NCBI RefSeq assembly: GCF_009914755.1
Contig: NC_060937.1
Strand: one strand, 5' to 3'
Source: the human T2T-CHM13v2.0 reference genome, Homo sapiens
Length of the DNA stretch: 64,000 nucleotides
Shown here: piece after piece, positions 18,920 through 35,388 of the stretch
How positions within the stretch are numbered: position 1 is the first letter of the stretch
Layout of the letters: the number at the start of each line of letters is the position of its first letter
The notes under the pieces: generated by a model
The model's database searches: none
Told to the model about the DNA's origin: nothing
Seen by the model: the letters and a program-made list of their open reading frames with translations, nothing else
Made by a program: the position numbers and the translations under genes

Positions 18920-19310
18920 GAAATGTTCCTGCATCTGAGGAAGCCTGCACACCTACAGACACTACCTGCTTCCTTCTTTCAGCCATCAGAGGTGCTGTTT
19001 AAAACACCACGGAGGCAGCTCTTCCTGTACCTCTCCTCTTGATCTGTGGCTTTCAGACATTGCCACTCTGTATTTCAAATGCCCACCCTCCCCTCAGCAG
19101 AGGGTCATGCTTACCCCTCGCTGTTGAATTTCAAATGAAAGTGATCTGTTGAGGCTCTTAGACATAGGAAAATAAATTTGTATGATTATCTGCTAACTCC
19201 TAAGCCATCTGAATTTCCTAAGTGGCCCTTAAAGCTTATTTTAGACTTCATAAATTAAAGCAGCAATAACATTATTGGAATACAGTTTACATTAATTAAA
19301 TTTATCTTAG

Positions 19311-19460
<150 letters not shown>

Positions 19461-19625
19461 TGAGAATCAGCTTAATGATACTTTGACATCAAGTATACTG
19501 CACAGGAGTATTTGGGAGATGCTGGACTTTAGGAAAAGTACAAAGAAAAAATCTAGTTTTTGAAGTATATTTATGACCTGAAAAAGTATGTGTAATACTT
19601 TCTTAAGTTAAAAAAGAAGTCATAA

Positions 19626-19653
19626 TACACACAAACACACACACACACACACA
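19626..19653 (+). repeat. (CA)n microsatellite, interrupted
   Basis: acacacaaacacacacacacacacaca. Confidence 0.9.
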
Positions 19654-20599
19654 TTATATAAGTATTTTAAAACATCAGGAAGATAGATACTAAGTGTTAT
19701 CTCTGAATGATAAAATATTAATAATTTTTCATTTCTTTTTTTGTCTGAGTATTTTTCCAAATTTTATGTAATAATTATCCTATTTATTACATTGGTAAAG
19801 AGAAGCAAAAGCTAAATATTATTTTTAAATGAATATATACAAAGCTTCTGAACTGTTGCCATAAAAACAGTTGGAATAAATGTTGACTTCATTCAAAGAA
19901 ATTCCTACCTCAGTATCTTTTTTTTTGCTCCTGCCAATGTTTAATAATTCATTTCAAATTATTCACGACTCTATATTCTGTTTGTGTTATTGAGCTCATC
20001 TTGCTTGAAATTGAGTCGGTAATGTTATCTTGTATCCGATTGGGCCTTGTTTTATTTTTAAGTTGAGCATTTTTTATGGATAATTTTGGTATGATTACAA
20101 ACATCACACATATTTATCTATATTAACATAAAGATTTATCTAAATCAGTAAAAATATAGCAAGAATGTTGACAAAGAGTTTTACCTTTTCAGCATAGACT
20201 TAGAAATAATTTTTCTTAAATTTTGGTAAGTACCAAAAATTTCCTTTGACATGAACATTTACCAGCTTCTTTCTGGATAGCATAATTCCCATTTCTGTTC
20301 TCCTTATCAGTCAGTTAACAGAATATTGAAGCTTATACCTATCAGGTACATTTTATTTCATAATTACTCCTACCCAAATTCAAGCAAAACATAAATGAAA
20401 TATCAGTAAACTTTAAGGCCAATTATTGATTCCTCTACATTTTCAAGAAGTAGCAGTCAGTATTGGGCTTTTTGTTTTGTTGATGAGGGTTTCTCTTGTT
20501 TTGTTTTTTATAGCTTTAAAGATAAGGAAAAATAAATGAATAGAAAGTGGCATTTCTAAAGAATGATTTCCCTCCTGCAGTGTTTCTCAGTGGACTTGA

Positions 20600-21343
<744 letters not shown>

Positions 21344-21705
21344 TGAACTTACTGCTTTTAACAATTCTGCTTAAAAATGGTTCCTTGGGAGTAGTTTATT
21401 TTTTCTCATAAAATTCTATATAATGTAAATCTCAATGATCTGTATTATAGAAAATATTTTTAAGGCAGTAGCATAAAAGGGGCCAAAATTATTTTTAAGA
21501 TATTAGCGATTTCTTTTTAGCTTTCCAGATCAAACTGCAGGTGCTGTTAGTTTATTCCATTGCTCTCGTACAGAAAAAAAAAATTTTTTTTCTTAACTCC
21601 TAAATCTTTTATTTTTTTCTTTGCTTTTCTGCTTTTTGTTCTTCTTGGAAATTCTGTTGGTTTCCTCTTGTTTTGAATTAACCCAAATCAACAAACCAGA
21701 TTTTT

Positions 21706-22026
21706 CATTTATGTCTTTTTGTTTTGTTTTGTTTTGTTTTTGTTTTTTGAGACAGAGTCTTGCTCTGTCGCCAGGCTGGAGTTCAGTGGCGTGATCTCGG
21801 CTCACTGCAACCTCTCCTCCCAGGTTCAAGCAATTCTCCTGCCTCAGCCTCCGGAGTAGCTGGGATTACAGGTGTACGCCACCACGCCCAGCTAAGTTTT
21901 GTATTTTTAGTAGAGACGGGGTTTCACCATGTCGGCCAGGATGGTCTCGATATCTTGACCTTGTGATCCACCCGCCTCAGACTCTCAAAGTCCTTGGATT
22001 ACAGGCGTGAGCCACCATGCCCAGCC
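21706..22026 (-). mobile_element. AluS (Sc-like)
   Basis: Alu consensus; TSD aacaaaccagattttt. Confidence 0.94.
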
Positions 22027-22476
22027 AACAAACCAGATTTTTAATGCCATGGCATGTGACCCAGAATTCATTTCATGAAGCTATCGCTTAACAGAGAGGG
22101 ACTAAGCCATTCCTTATTTTAAAGAGTCTTTTCAATTACATGACTAAGACTTAAATTGGTTGGCCTATGTCCTCTCACACCAGTTTTTCTTAAAATATGT
22201 TTTTTTGATAAAAATTTCAAACTAGTACTCAGTTTGGCTCAGTTCAATCTGCGCCAAAAACATCTGGGCCAGCCATCCTTATTCACAATAGTCCAGTGCA
22301 AGATAATCACTGCATCTTAAAATCGCAGATCTACTTTACTGTCTTCTTTGTAACTGGTGCAATTGTGGTTGTGCATTTTTCATAGATTTTGTGTTCGATC
22401 ATGTTTAAGCTGATTCAAAAAACTGCTTTTGCATCACCTCAGTATAAAAATCTGTAACATGCCTTCCCACTGTTAA

Positions 22477-22629
<153 letters not shown>

Positions 22630-22984
22630 TGAGTTACAGTTCCACACTCAGGCAGATCCATAGAGGCCTTCAGGACGCCCTAGTGTCAGGCAAATTACAA
22701 GGCCCAGAGATGGCAGTGATTTTCTCAAAAACTGGAAATAATAACTAATATCACAGTAATGGAAATATAGGGGTGGCTGATGCAAATTGTCTTGCTTGCT
22801 TTCATTCTTGAGAATGCAGGTGGGAAGAATTTGTGAAAATTATATTAGCCAAGCTAAGTATTTCCTGTAATTACCAAAAAGTGTATCAATCTACTTTCCA
22901 GATGGCCAGAGCTTATAGTAAAATTGCTAACATTTCTTCCTATTCATTGGGCTATTTTATTCCTAATTGATTTTTTTATTTTAA

Positions 22985-23302
<318 letters not shown>

Positions 23303-24559
23303 TAAGCTTTGAAATGAAGGATAAAATCTATTATAGCTTCCAAGGGTAAATTATTTGCATAAAATTGATAATACACTCAGTATACTCTTAACTTCCATAT
23401 AGTGTGTGCCTATTAAATATTATAATACATGCTAATGGAATCATTTTAAAATCTCACAACAGCACAGTGATGTAGATAATATCATACAGATCTGAGGCTC
23501 AGCCAGGTTAAATAATTTTTCACAAGTTTAAAGCAGCAGAGTCAGCCTTTAAACCTAGATATAGCTGCCTCCAAAGCTTAAACTCCTTCTGTTTATTATG
23601 GTAACACCTGTCAGTACACGGCACAGATCAGAAATTTTTATCCTAATTACGCTGGGTGTTCAAATCTTATTTAAGGAGTTACCTTGTGGCTTGATATGTT
23701 TAGTGGTTGTTTGATCTAATTATCAAAGCATACATTCTGAAATAAACTTTATTCTCGCCTTTTATGTTTGTTTTTAAAACTGGAATGGTACTTTGTCATC
23801 ATACCAACGTGTTTCTAGTATATTCATTACAAACCCTACACTGACCTCTGTGTACGTTGGTGCTAGAAATACATAGAATATTGTTGGGCAAGAGATGAAA
23901 TGTATTCCGTTTAGCATCTTCAGTCTCCAACAAGTTTATTACACAAGGTCATGAAATCTATAAGGCAAATGACTGGTAATCGCTACGTTGTTTTAGCATT
24001 TTCAGTGTTGCTTTTTCCTTTGTGATACGCATTCATAGCTATCACTAGCACCTTTCAGAAGAGATGAGGACAATCTATCCTAGTTTTTCTTTTATTTATA
24101 TCATCAATCCAGACGCCAGATAGGTTAAAAATCAGCCATTTTCTCAAAGGCTCCACAAGCCTGAAAGCATCTACCTAGCAGAGGAGAGATGCCCCATCCA
24201 TCAACATTTATAGTTGATCGTGCAGGATTTTGACTTGCAATACAGATCAGTAATGTGTGACCTGTGTTCAGACTGTCAGCAGCCCAGGATTCACTTGCTA
24301 TTTCCACATCCACATCTCTGACATTTTAAGGAACCTCTCATAAGTACCACCTTGCTGGTTTTAATAGTCATCTGGTCATACCTGTCCCTGCAAGAGTTAA
24401 CTAAGCAAGCACACACACACCTCAGCACAGAAGTAGTACTGAGAGAACTGATTTGTTCTGCTTGCAAAGGCAGACCTTGCCTCCTTTAAAATAAGGTGAA
24501 GTGTAGATAGCAAGGAGGTAACATTTGTCTGGCTCAGTAACCATAAGAAGTTTCAAAAA

Positions 24560-25065
24560 TGCAAATTGTACGTAGCATATATATACAAGGGAGTATTATT
24601 CAGGAAGAAATTCTGATGTGTGCTTCCACGTGGGTGAACCTTGAAGACATTATGCTAAGTGAAATAGGCCAGAGGACAAAAGGACAAATATGACAAGATT
24701 CTGCTTATATGAGGTACAGAGATTAAGCACATTTATAGAGAAAATGTAGAATAGTAGTTACCAGGAACTCAGGGCAGTTCGTAGTGGAGAATTATTATTT
24801 TGTGGGTACAGAATTTCAGTTTGGGATGATGAACAAGTTCTGGAGGTAGATAGTGGTGATAGTTGCATAATAATGTGAATGTACTTGAGAAAACAGGTGG
24901 AAAGAATTTGTGAAGATTTTATTAGCCAAGCTAAGTACTTCTGTAACAACCAAAAAGTGTATCAGTGTACTCTGGCAGTCTGGAAAGTAGATTGATACAC
25001 TTTTTAAAAAAATGGTTAAAAAGGTAAATTTTATGTTATGTGTTTTTTACTACCCATAAAAAAAT
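24560..25065 (+). mobile_element. L1MB-type LINE-1 3' end with internal templated insertion
   Basis: gaaccttgaagacattatgctaagtgaaatag...gttctggaggtagatagtggtgat...aatggttaaaaaggtaaattttatgttatg. Confidence 0.8.
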
Positions 25066-25802
25066 TGGTTATCTAATTTGTTCTGTTCAGCCCTTATCAC
25101 AAAATTGTCACCAAAAAATTTATTATGAACTTAACCAAGGTCCCACTGTATATAATATATATTAACTTCTGTTTCAATTACACATTCTTTCAGGTCTTGG
25201 CTATGCACATACATATAATTTTGTGTCACTGTGGTATTCCCTGGAACCTTCTTTGCTCACTTATTATTAACTGTGTGTGTATATTTCTATGTGTTGGGGT
25301 AGCGCACAGAGTGCTGTTTTAAATAACTCTGGAAGTCTATCAGGTTAAGGTAACACAGTTTGCTTAACCATCTCCCTTTTGTTGCTAATGTTCATAATTT
25401 TTTCCATTACAAATGGTCTTGTTATGTAGATCTTTATCAAATGATATTTGAAATTTGATCAAGTAATAATAGATTTTATCAAAATCCTTTTATCACATAA
25501 TATCAAATGACTCTACATTTCCTGAAGTCGAATTATTCAGTCCTGTGGCATGGATTGTGGGTATGTTATTTAGTTCTTCAACATATTCGAGAAGTTGGTC
25601 TTCATAAAGATCCCCCCATTTGTAATACTATAAACAGTGTATAAATATTCTTGTTTTCCTGTATCCCCACTAAATTTTGTCATTCCATTTATTTTTTAAT
25701 TTAACACTTTTTATTAATAATTTTGAACTATTTTATGTATTTTCTTTCTAGTAAAGATATTCATTTTTCCACATTATAGATTTACATAATTATTTACTCA
25801 TG

Positions 25803-26136
<334 letters not shown>

Positions 26137-27086
26137 TAAATATTGTGTAATTTCAACATTTAGTTGGATCATCTCTATCAACTTTTTATCTTAAACAGTA
26201 AACTTTTATCATGATGTCTGTCACATATATGTTTTCCTTATTTTGCTTTCCTTTTGGTCAATATCATTGATTTTTTATGATTATAAAAGCAGTATATATT
26301 CATAACAAAATTTGGAAGTTGCAGGAAAGTTTTTAAAAAGAAAAGAAAAATTACCCAGAATTGTAGAGAAACAATACTAACATTTTAAAATTTATTTCCA
26401 ATGTTATTTCTATGTAACACACACATTCATGTCAATATTGGCATCATCTATTAAAAAGACAATTGTGTATCCTTCATTTCCCACTTAATATTATCTGATA
26501 TCCTCCACTGCCTTTAAAAATGTCATTCTATTAACTGCATGACGTTTCATTATACAGTTTGCTGTTAACTTATATATCCATTTCCCTAGCGTTCAATACT
26601 TGAATTGCTTACAAAGCTTTCTTGTTTTGTGTATGTTTTTTGCCATTATAAATAATGCTATGGTAAAATCTTATACATAAATCTTAATGTCTATCTCTGG
26701 TTTGAGAAACATTCCTAAAAGTATAATTACTGTGTCAAAAGATTATGGACCTCTTCATTGCTCTTGATCTTATTTGCCAAACTATCCAATTTACATTTCC
26801 ACTGATATGTAAGAATACTCATTTCTTTATCTCCCCATCAATACTGAGTATTATCAATTTCTAATCTTTGCCAGTTTGATAACTGACAGATTTTATCTTT
26901 TGTTTGAATTTGTAATTTTTGATAATTGGTGTCTGATGCTTTCCTTTTAGGTGTTTTTTAATATTTCCTCATGTGAATTTTATACTTACGTATTTACACC
27001 TCCACACATGATATAGTCTATTTTGATAATATCTTCAGTTCTTCATAGTTAGGATTTTATTTCCCCTCCTAAGGAAATGTGCAATC

Positions 27087-27222
27087 AAGCCAGGCATGGT
27101 AGCTCTTGCCTATAATCCCAGATACTTTCGAGCTGAGGCAGGAGGATCTCTTGAGGCCAGGAGTTCGAGACTAGGCTGGGCAACATAGCAAGACCCCATC
27201 TCCTAAAAAAAATAAAAAATAA
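27087..27222 (+). mobile_element. FLAM
   Basis: Alu left monomer with A tail; perfect 16-bp TSD aaggaaatgtgcaatc. Confidence 0.92.
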
Positions 27223-27319
27223 AAAGGAAATGTGCAATCCTAAATGTGTTGGAAAACACGGGTCCTTCCATACGGAGATCTGGTGTGTGACTGACTCCAG
27301 CCGCACTTTGCCCCCACAG

Positions 27320-27460
27320 CTGCTGGAGAAGGGCCTCCCTAGTGTGCAGCAGCCCCTGCTCCAGGTGATCTACAGTCTTCTCAGCTACATGGACCTTTCT
27401 GTCGTTCCTGTCAAACAGTTCAATGTGGAAGTTCTGAAGACAATTGAAAAATATGTGCAA
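27320..27460 (+). CDS. FRY: FRY coding exon (141 nt)
   Basis: ccacag|...|gtgagt; LLEKGLPSVQQPLLQVIY...IEKYVQ. Confidence 0.96.
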
Positions 27461-28098
27461 GTGAGTACTTGGATAACTTCACTAAGCAACCAGTCGTTCT
27501 AAAAAGATGGAGGCTTTTCCTGTAGCTTGGCTACAAAACCATCTGGGTGCCAGGCCACTCATTCATTCCTTGACATCCATGGCACAGCCAGGGCAGTTAA
27601 GAGTGGGAGTTGGCCACACCCTGAGTAGTATTCTGAAGAGAATGAGAGCACAAGACCCCGGCACACTCCGGTGCCTTTAAAAGGCACATTTCCGCCTCTT
27701 GGGGCCACAGGCTGAGTATTGAAAGCACACGCCTGACTTGGAGGGCAGAGGCAGAGTCTTGGTTTTTTTATCCCGTTTCAGAGAAGGAGAGGGGACAAGG
27801 AACTGTAGGAACTTTCACATGTGCCGGGTTCTAGGCCCGGTGTTTCAACATGTGAAGGATTATTCAAAGGCTAAAACTGTCACTTTAGAGTTGAAGAGTG
27901 GTTAAGAAACTTGCAGAAATATACTTGAAAATACTGCAACAAACAAACAAAAAACATTTGTTTGAGGGGATAAATAAAACAAGATGACAAAATGTGAATA
28001 GTTGATGAATAGTACAAAGGGATTCATTAGACTAGTCTCTCGGTTTCTGTGTATATTTTAATATTTCCATAATAAACAGTCTTTATGTATATTTTTAA

Positions 28099-28536
<438 letters not shown>

Positions 28537-28601
28537 TAAAGCCGTACTCTGAGAAGACCAGAAACACAATTTATTTTAATGAAAATAAAAATAAATATCA
28601 A

Positions 28602-28878
28602 GGCCAGGTGCAGTGGCTTATCCTGTAATCCCAGCACTTTGGGAGGCTGAGGCAAGAGGATCGCTTGAGGCCAGGAGTTCAAGACCAGCCTGGGCAACAA
28701 AGTGACACCCCATCTCTACAAAAATAAAAAAAATTTTAAAAATCAGCAAGGTGTGGTGGTGCACACCTATAGTCCCAGCTACTTAGGAGGCTGGGGAGAG
28801 AGTTTCCCTTGAGCCCAGGAGGTTGAGGTTACAGTGAACTGTGATCACACCACTGCACTCCAACCCGGCCAACAGTGA
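28602..28878 (+). mobile_element. AluJ, degraded 3' end
   Basis: Alu consensus, diverged. Confidence 0.88.
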
Positions 28879-29659
28879 TAAATAGGAAGATAGGAATATA
28901 GATAGATGGAAAGATAGCTCAAACACACCAGGACGAGTTTCTAGAGCCTGGAAGTTAATCTAAAACACATGACCACAGACTAAAGCAGGGAGGCTCCAGG
29001 CCATGGGAGTAGTGCAGGGCCACGATGGGGTTAAGTAGAGAGCGCCTAGCTCAAGAGCATAGACATCCTTTTCTCTATATTGTATTTGTCTATTTCTTCT
29101 CTGGAATGTACTTTGTAACTTGTAGGATTCAAGGGCAAATGCTAGGTTCTCTCTGGAAGCTCATTGATGAAGATATACCGTATAAATTTTAGACATTCCT
29201 TTCCATCTTTACTTCACCAAATTACTTACAGAAATTATTTGATGCTGAAAGTGACTTCCAAGCATTTTTCAAGTGGCGTTGCTGCATCATACTTACACCA
29301 CATAGGGTAGGCAGTCAGTTAACAGTTTCTCACTTCACTCACAGGAGACAGGTGGTCAGTTGACACCTTTCTACGAATGTGTGCCCCATTTTGTTGTTTA
29401 ATGAGGCTGTCCATTTTGTCTTAGGCCTGCGGGCGACGTCTGATACTTTTTATCTTAACTCAAATAGTAGCTTATTTCACATTTAAACCATGGCTTCCCT
29501 TGCGCAGAATTTAATAGATGTTTTATTTCATGTGCTTTGACTGCAAAGTCCAGGCAAAAAATAATAATAACAACTTTCATCAAATTTGTTTATCTGTGTT
29601 TCTAATATTTTTATGGGAGCGGCACACAGTCTGATTGGAGGTTGTCAGAGAAACGAAGA

Positions 29660-30300
29660 TGGTAAAACTGAGTCTTAAATGAAGAGTAGGAATTTGACAT
29701 GCCAATAAGGAGGGGAAATGTATTCAAGGATGAGGGCATAGCATGAGTAAAGGCACAGAGGCTGAGAGGGCTTGCCAAGTTTGGGGAACTCCAGCAGCAG
29801 CCTGGGGGAGATGACCCTTGCAGGCCATGCTCAAAGAGTGTGGACTCCACCCTGTCCACCAGAGGGAGTCTGTGAAGGAGTTTAGTCAGGGAAGTGGCTT
29901 GGTCTGAAGAGTTCTAGGAAGATCACTCTAGCTGGATCTGATGCACTTAAGGGCTGCAAGCCAAGACACCAGTAAGGGGCCATTGAGATAGTCCAGGCAA
30001 GGCCCAAGAGGGTGCCGCTGAGCCAGTGCCAGCAGGAATGCCGTGGAGGGAACAGATTACCAGGAGGGAGGGAAAGAAAGGGTTAAGAAGGGCTTCCAGA
30101 TTCCTGAGTTAAGTAATGAGGAAGACAAGAAGTGAGAAGAAAAGAGGGCTGAAGACAGAGATCAAGGTACCCAGGAAGCAAATGGAGCAGGAGGAGCCAG
30201 AGAACTAGAAGGAGGACCAAGAAGACTGGAAACCGGAGGTGGGGAGAACTTTAAGAAAGAGTGAACTGAACAGTCAGTGTCATAAAATGCATTGGGAGCT
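29660..30300 (-). mobile_element. L2 relic
   Basis: ctgagtcttaaatgaagagtagga...aaggcacagag...gatcactctagctg, a purine-rich L2-like pattern. Confidence 0.55.
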
Positions 30301-30581
30301 TTTTTTTTTCCCTCAAATTAAGGAGGTGCCTCATTACCATAATGGTACCTCATTAATAAGAATTTAATTTAGCTGAAATGGACAAAATTGGTCTTTTTTG
30401 TTTGTCTCCTAAACATAGCTCCTTTTATATATACATTGTCTTTTTATGTCATTTGCCTTTTACTTCTCATGGAACCTGCTGCGCTGTTTTAAGTCAGTGA
30501 ATTCTGACTGGTCACTAGCTTCTCACTGGTCATTCTGACATACATTAGCTTTAAAAAAATTAAATTATTTTTAACCCTTGA

Positions 30582-30812
<231 letters not shown>

Positions 30813-31567
30813 TAGCATGAATTTGTAGTAGCAAAGATCAAAAGTAGTTGCCTGGAAAAAAGAAGACTTATTTGACAGTTATTTCAAATGAAGATTTCTA
30901 AGGGCTAAATTAGGTTTTGCTTTTTAAAGAACCCATTGAGTGTCATATTCACTGGGACTCTCAGTTGGCAGCTTTTAAAAATAGAAACTAGCCTCAGTTA
31001 TGTAAAAAATGATTTTAAAAAGAGGTATTTAAAAATGGAACGATCATAAGCATTTTAAACCATGACCTTCACTCATTCTTTATCTGACAATGGTCATGTC
31101 TTTATATCCACAATGTTTCTCCCTGAATGACAGCCAGTTCAGCAGATGACCGAAATTTACAGGAATATAGACTCCACTTTTATAGTTGCTTCCCCAGTCC
31201 ACACTATTTTTTAAAGAAGTAAAACTAAATTCTTGCCTTGAAGGGGGCAGGGGAGAGAGAGGGAGGAGCAAAAGACTAGGGACCCAAGCTAAGGAGTCAG
31301 GAAGAAAAGAAAGGACAGGAAGTAGTCATGTTTACCTGATAGTCCATGAACAAATATTTGGGAGGCTTATATTGAAGTCTAAGGTATAAAATAACTTTGC
31401 TTTCACATCTCTTACCCCATGACTCATGAACCCCCAAAGCAGAAACTGTACTCTGTTCCTGTTTATAACCAGGGCTCAGTACAACATCTGGTGCATTAGT
31501 AGATCACTAGTAAATATTTCCAAAACTCTGCTGAATGAATAAATTCACTAAGAAATAAACCTGGTGT

Positions 31568-31816
31568 CAAATACTGCATGTTCTCACTCATAAGTAGGAG
31601 TTGAACAAAGAGAATACATGGACACAGGGAGGGGAACATCACACACCGAGGCCTATCACGGGGTGGGGAACAAGGGGAGGGATAGCATTAGGAGAAATAC
31701 CTAATGTAGATGACAGGTTGATGGGTGCAGCAGACCACCATGGCACATGTCTACCTATGTAAGAAACCTGCACATTCTGCACATGTACCCCAGAACTTAA
31801 AGTATATTAAAAAAAA
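31568..31816 (+). mobile_element. L1PA 3'UTR fragment (5'-truncated)
   Basis: gcatgttctcactcataagt...cagaacttaaagtat, A tail; 18-bp TSD aagaaataaacctggtgt. Confidence 0.95.
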
Positions 31817-32769
31817 AAGAAATAAACCTGGTGTGCTTATATGGAACTTACTTGCACTATTATGTAGGTCATATCCAAGTTGGGTTTTTTATACAATGGT
31901 CCTCACTGACCTTTCATCATTTCAGTATTCAGGATGAGATACTATTTGCTACCATTGTGACACCTGCATCTATATTTAATATGTAAATAATATTAAGGTT
32001 TCAATTTAATCTTGGTCCATTTTCACATTTTTTTTAACCTGGCTAGGGGGAAAAGCTATTTTTTCTCTGCAATTTGAGTTTGTTGTGTTCTAAAGAGGTA
32101 CAAAAAAACATGCAGCTGGTTAGCAGCATGCTCCAGAGACCCAGAACTGCCCCAGAATGATGGGTCTCAGGAGCCAGGTGTAAAATTGACAGTTTCTGCC
32201 ACTGCCGAGGTCAAGCCCATGAGCTGGTGTCTGCAGAGGAGGCCTGCTCGGAGCTTGAGTTTGCGAATTGCTGCCTATGCAGCCACCACACTCTGGAGCT
32301 CTCAGGAAGTGAAATTTCTCAAGTGCTGCCCAAGTACCTGGCCCTGACCTCAGTCATTTGAATAATTGAAAAGATATAAATAAGTTAAATACATTTTTAA
32401 ATAATTGAGAGTATATAAAGATTAATGATTAAAAGTTGGGAGAGGGAAAGGAATTTTGGTCTCTTGTTCTAACTATATGAAATTTTTTTCAAGTTTAAAC
32501 AATCAAAAACTGACTATTTGGTTTCCTGCATGTTTTGCTTCCCTTTGTCAGTGGTTTCTAAAGCATATTAAAGAACAAGCAGTTGCATTTTTCTGCCGCT
32601 AAAGAGGGGAGGAAATGTTGAAGATGAAAAACGACTCATAATGTGTACTTGCATGTTGAGAAAATGAGCCCACTTGTAACACTGAACTTCTCTAATCTGA
32701 TTTTTAATCAAATAAGCAGCTCTTGGTTGCTTCTGGGGAGAAGGGTTTCATATATCACAAAACCATTGA

Positions 32770-33012
<243 letters not shown>

Positions 33013-33554
33013 TGAGTCCATATGGCTGGGTCATAAGGGATTCCCTCTCACCATCCCAAGGTTGCCCATATAGGTCTCAGCACTTCCAGGGATGGGGTCT
33101 TGTGGCATTCCAAGGAACCCATTTGCTCTTTGAACAGTTCATCACCTTGAGTTGAAGTCTGACTCTTTGCTGCTTCTATCCATTGGTTCCAGTTCTCTCA
33201 AGGCTTAGAAAATAAAATCTGGTCTCTCTTTCACATGGCAGCCCTTCAGAAATTCTGCCCCTCTGCCACTCTCCTAATGAGGCCAAACAACACATCCTTA
33301 GTTCTCCCAACCAATTCTATAGCACTTGGACTCCCAAAGGGTTGATAGGGCTGCACACCCAAAGACCACCCTGTCTGCTGCCCACGGAACAGGCACCTCA
33401 ACCATGGTGTCCATGCACGGGCTGAGCCATGCAGATGGCAAGGGGCGGGGGTACTGCTGCCAGATTCTCTGTAGTTCTGTCATCACAGCATAGCAGAGAT
33501 GCCATTGGGCTTCCTGTCAAGTAAAACTTCTGCATTATTCAGGGGTCTTCTGTT

Positions 33555-33990
33555 GACTTGTTACAGAAACCCACTGAAAAATTACCTTCTGTGGTAAAGA
33601 AACTTACTAACTTACTCATCTTGGCTTCAAGCACAGTTGGCTCCTAGTTCACAGATGTCAGAAACTGGATTCTTAGGCTGTCTCCTCACTGTCCCCACCT
33701 TCCCTTCCCAACATCTTGGCCCTTGTTTTCCCCTCCAGTGACTTCATTCTCAGGCAGGGTTTTTCTATGGGAGGCCCAGATGACCTCTGGCAGCTCCAGG
33801 TTTACATGGTCTTTGGCTCTGATGACTTCAGAGCGACAGAGGCCTTTCCTCTTTTGACATCCATAGCAATTCTGAAAGATCTTGCAGGACATGCGAGGGA
33901 GGCATAGCCTCACTTAGTGGGAATGGAGCCTTTCCGAGATAAAAAGAGGGACAGTGTTACCAGAAGAAGGTGAAGTGGGTGCTGGGAAGG
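33555..33990. mobile_element. MaLR (MLT1-type) LTR relic
   Basis: acagaaacccact...ggcttcaagcacag...ttcattctcaggcagg pattern. Confidence 0.45.
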
Positions 33991-34830
33991 ACAAAGTGGG
34001 TGCCCAGGAGGACTCACCTTCTCTCTCAAAGGTTAGGGGAATGGAACATGTAGCATAGTGCCGGCTGCAACAGAGCAGGTTCTCAGTGAGTGTTCAGCTG
34101 AAAACTTCATTGGAAGAGAGAAGAAAATACAGCCCAATGTGTTCCTCTACATTGATTCCTTCCCAGAATTGTAAAATGACCACTAAGACTTAGGAAAATC
34201 GTTTAGCGAGTCTTCTGCCATTCCTCAACCTCAAAGTCCTCCTGTCTCTGACCTTGAGCAGACACCATATTGAGTGTCTGTCCCCTCTATAATTTGGAAA
34301 GAAGGATGCAGTGAATTGAGTTCCGTTAAGAAGAAAAATCTAAGAGTGGCATTGGCCTCCTAGCAGTTTCCACATAACAAACCGTAAATCAGATTAAAGG
34401 GGGGAGAATCATTTTAAAGAGATTAGGAAGATTGCTTTAAAAATTCTCAACTCACCAATCATTCTGAGACCTGGGTTATCTGCCACTGGAAAAATGTAAT
34501 GGTTTATAGAAGAATCCCTATGGTCAAGGGGCTGGAAAATAGGTTTATGAAGGAAAGGAACTGAATCTGTTTAACTTTAGGAAGAAGAAACTAAGAAAGA
34601 TTTAATATGGCTTAAAACGAATGAATTTTTTCATTCTACAGAAAGTATTCTTCTATTTGAGAAAAAGAGACTCATGCTGTAACTTAATAAAGTGTAAGGA
34701 AAGCCTTGCTAATACTGAAAGTTTAACATATAAGAAAAGATTATCAAAGGAAGTGATAGATCTCCTTAAAGAACCTAGGGATTTATTTTCACATACACAC
34801 ATATATACACCCCTTGGGATAACTTAGATC

Positions 34831-35085
34831 ACCACTGTCCAGCAGAAACATAATGTGAGCTTCATTTTACATTGTCTAATAGTTACCCTTAAAAAAAAAG
34901 GAAAAACAGGCAAAATTAATTTTAATAATACATGTTACCTAACCTACTATATTTAAAATATTATTTCAACATGTTTTCAATATTTAACAATTTTTAATTG
35001 CTATTTGTGTTCTTTTTTCATACTTTTGTGTATTTTACATTTCATTCTGTCTGTACGTTAAGTGCTATTGCCCTGTATGGATAGT
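34831..35085. mobile_element. MER33-like hAT-Charlie DNA transposon relic
   Basis: cactgtccagcagaaacataatgtgagc...aaacagg...aattaattttaataat...tggatagtg with short terminal inverted repeats. Confidence 0.65.
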
Positions 35086-35091
35086 GGCTAG

Positions 35092-35388
<297 letters not shown>

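Noticed and set aside
32108-32132. Small hairpin catgcagctggttagcagcatg
   Set aside because: Short imperfect stem of a kind expected by chance in 64 kb.
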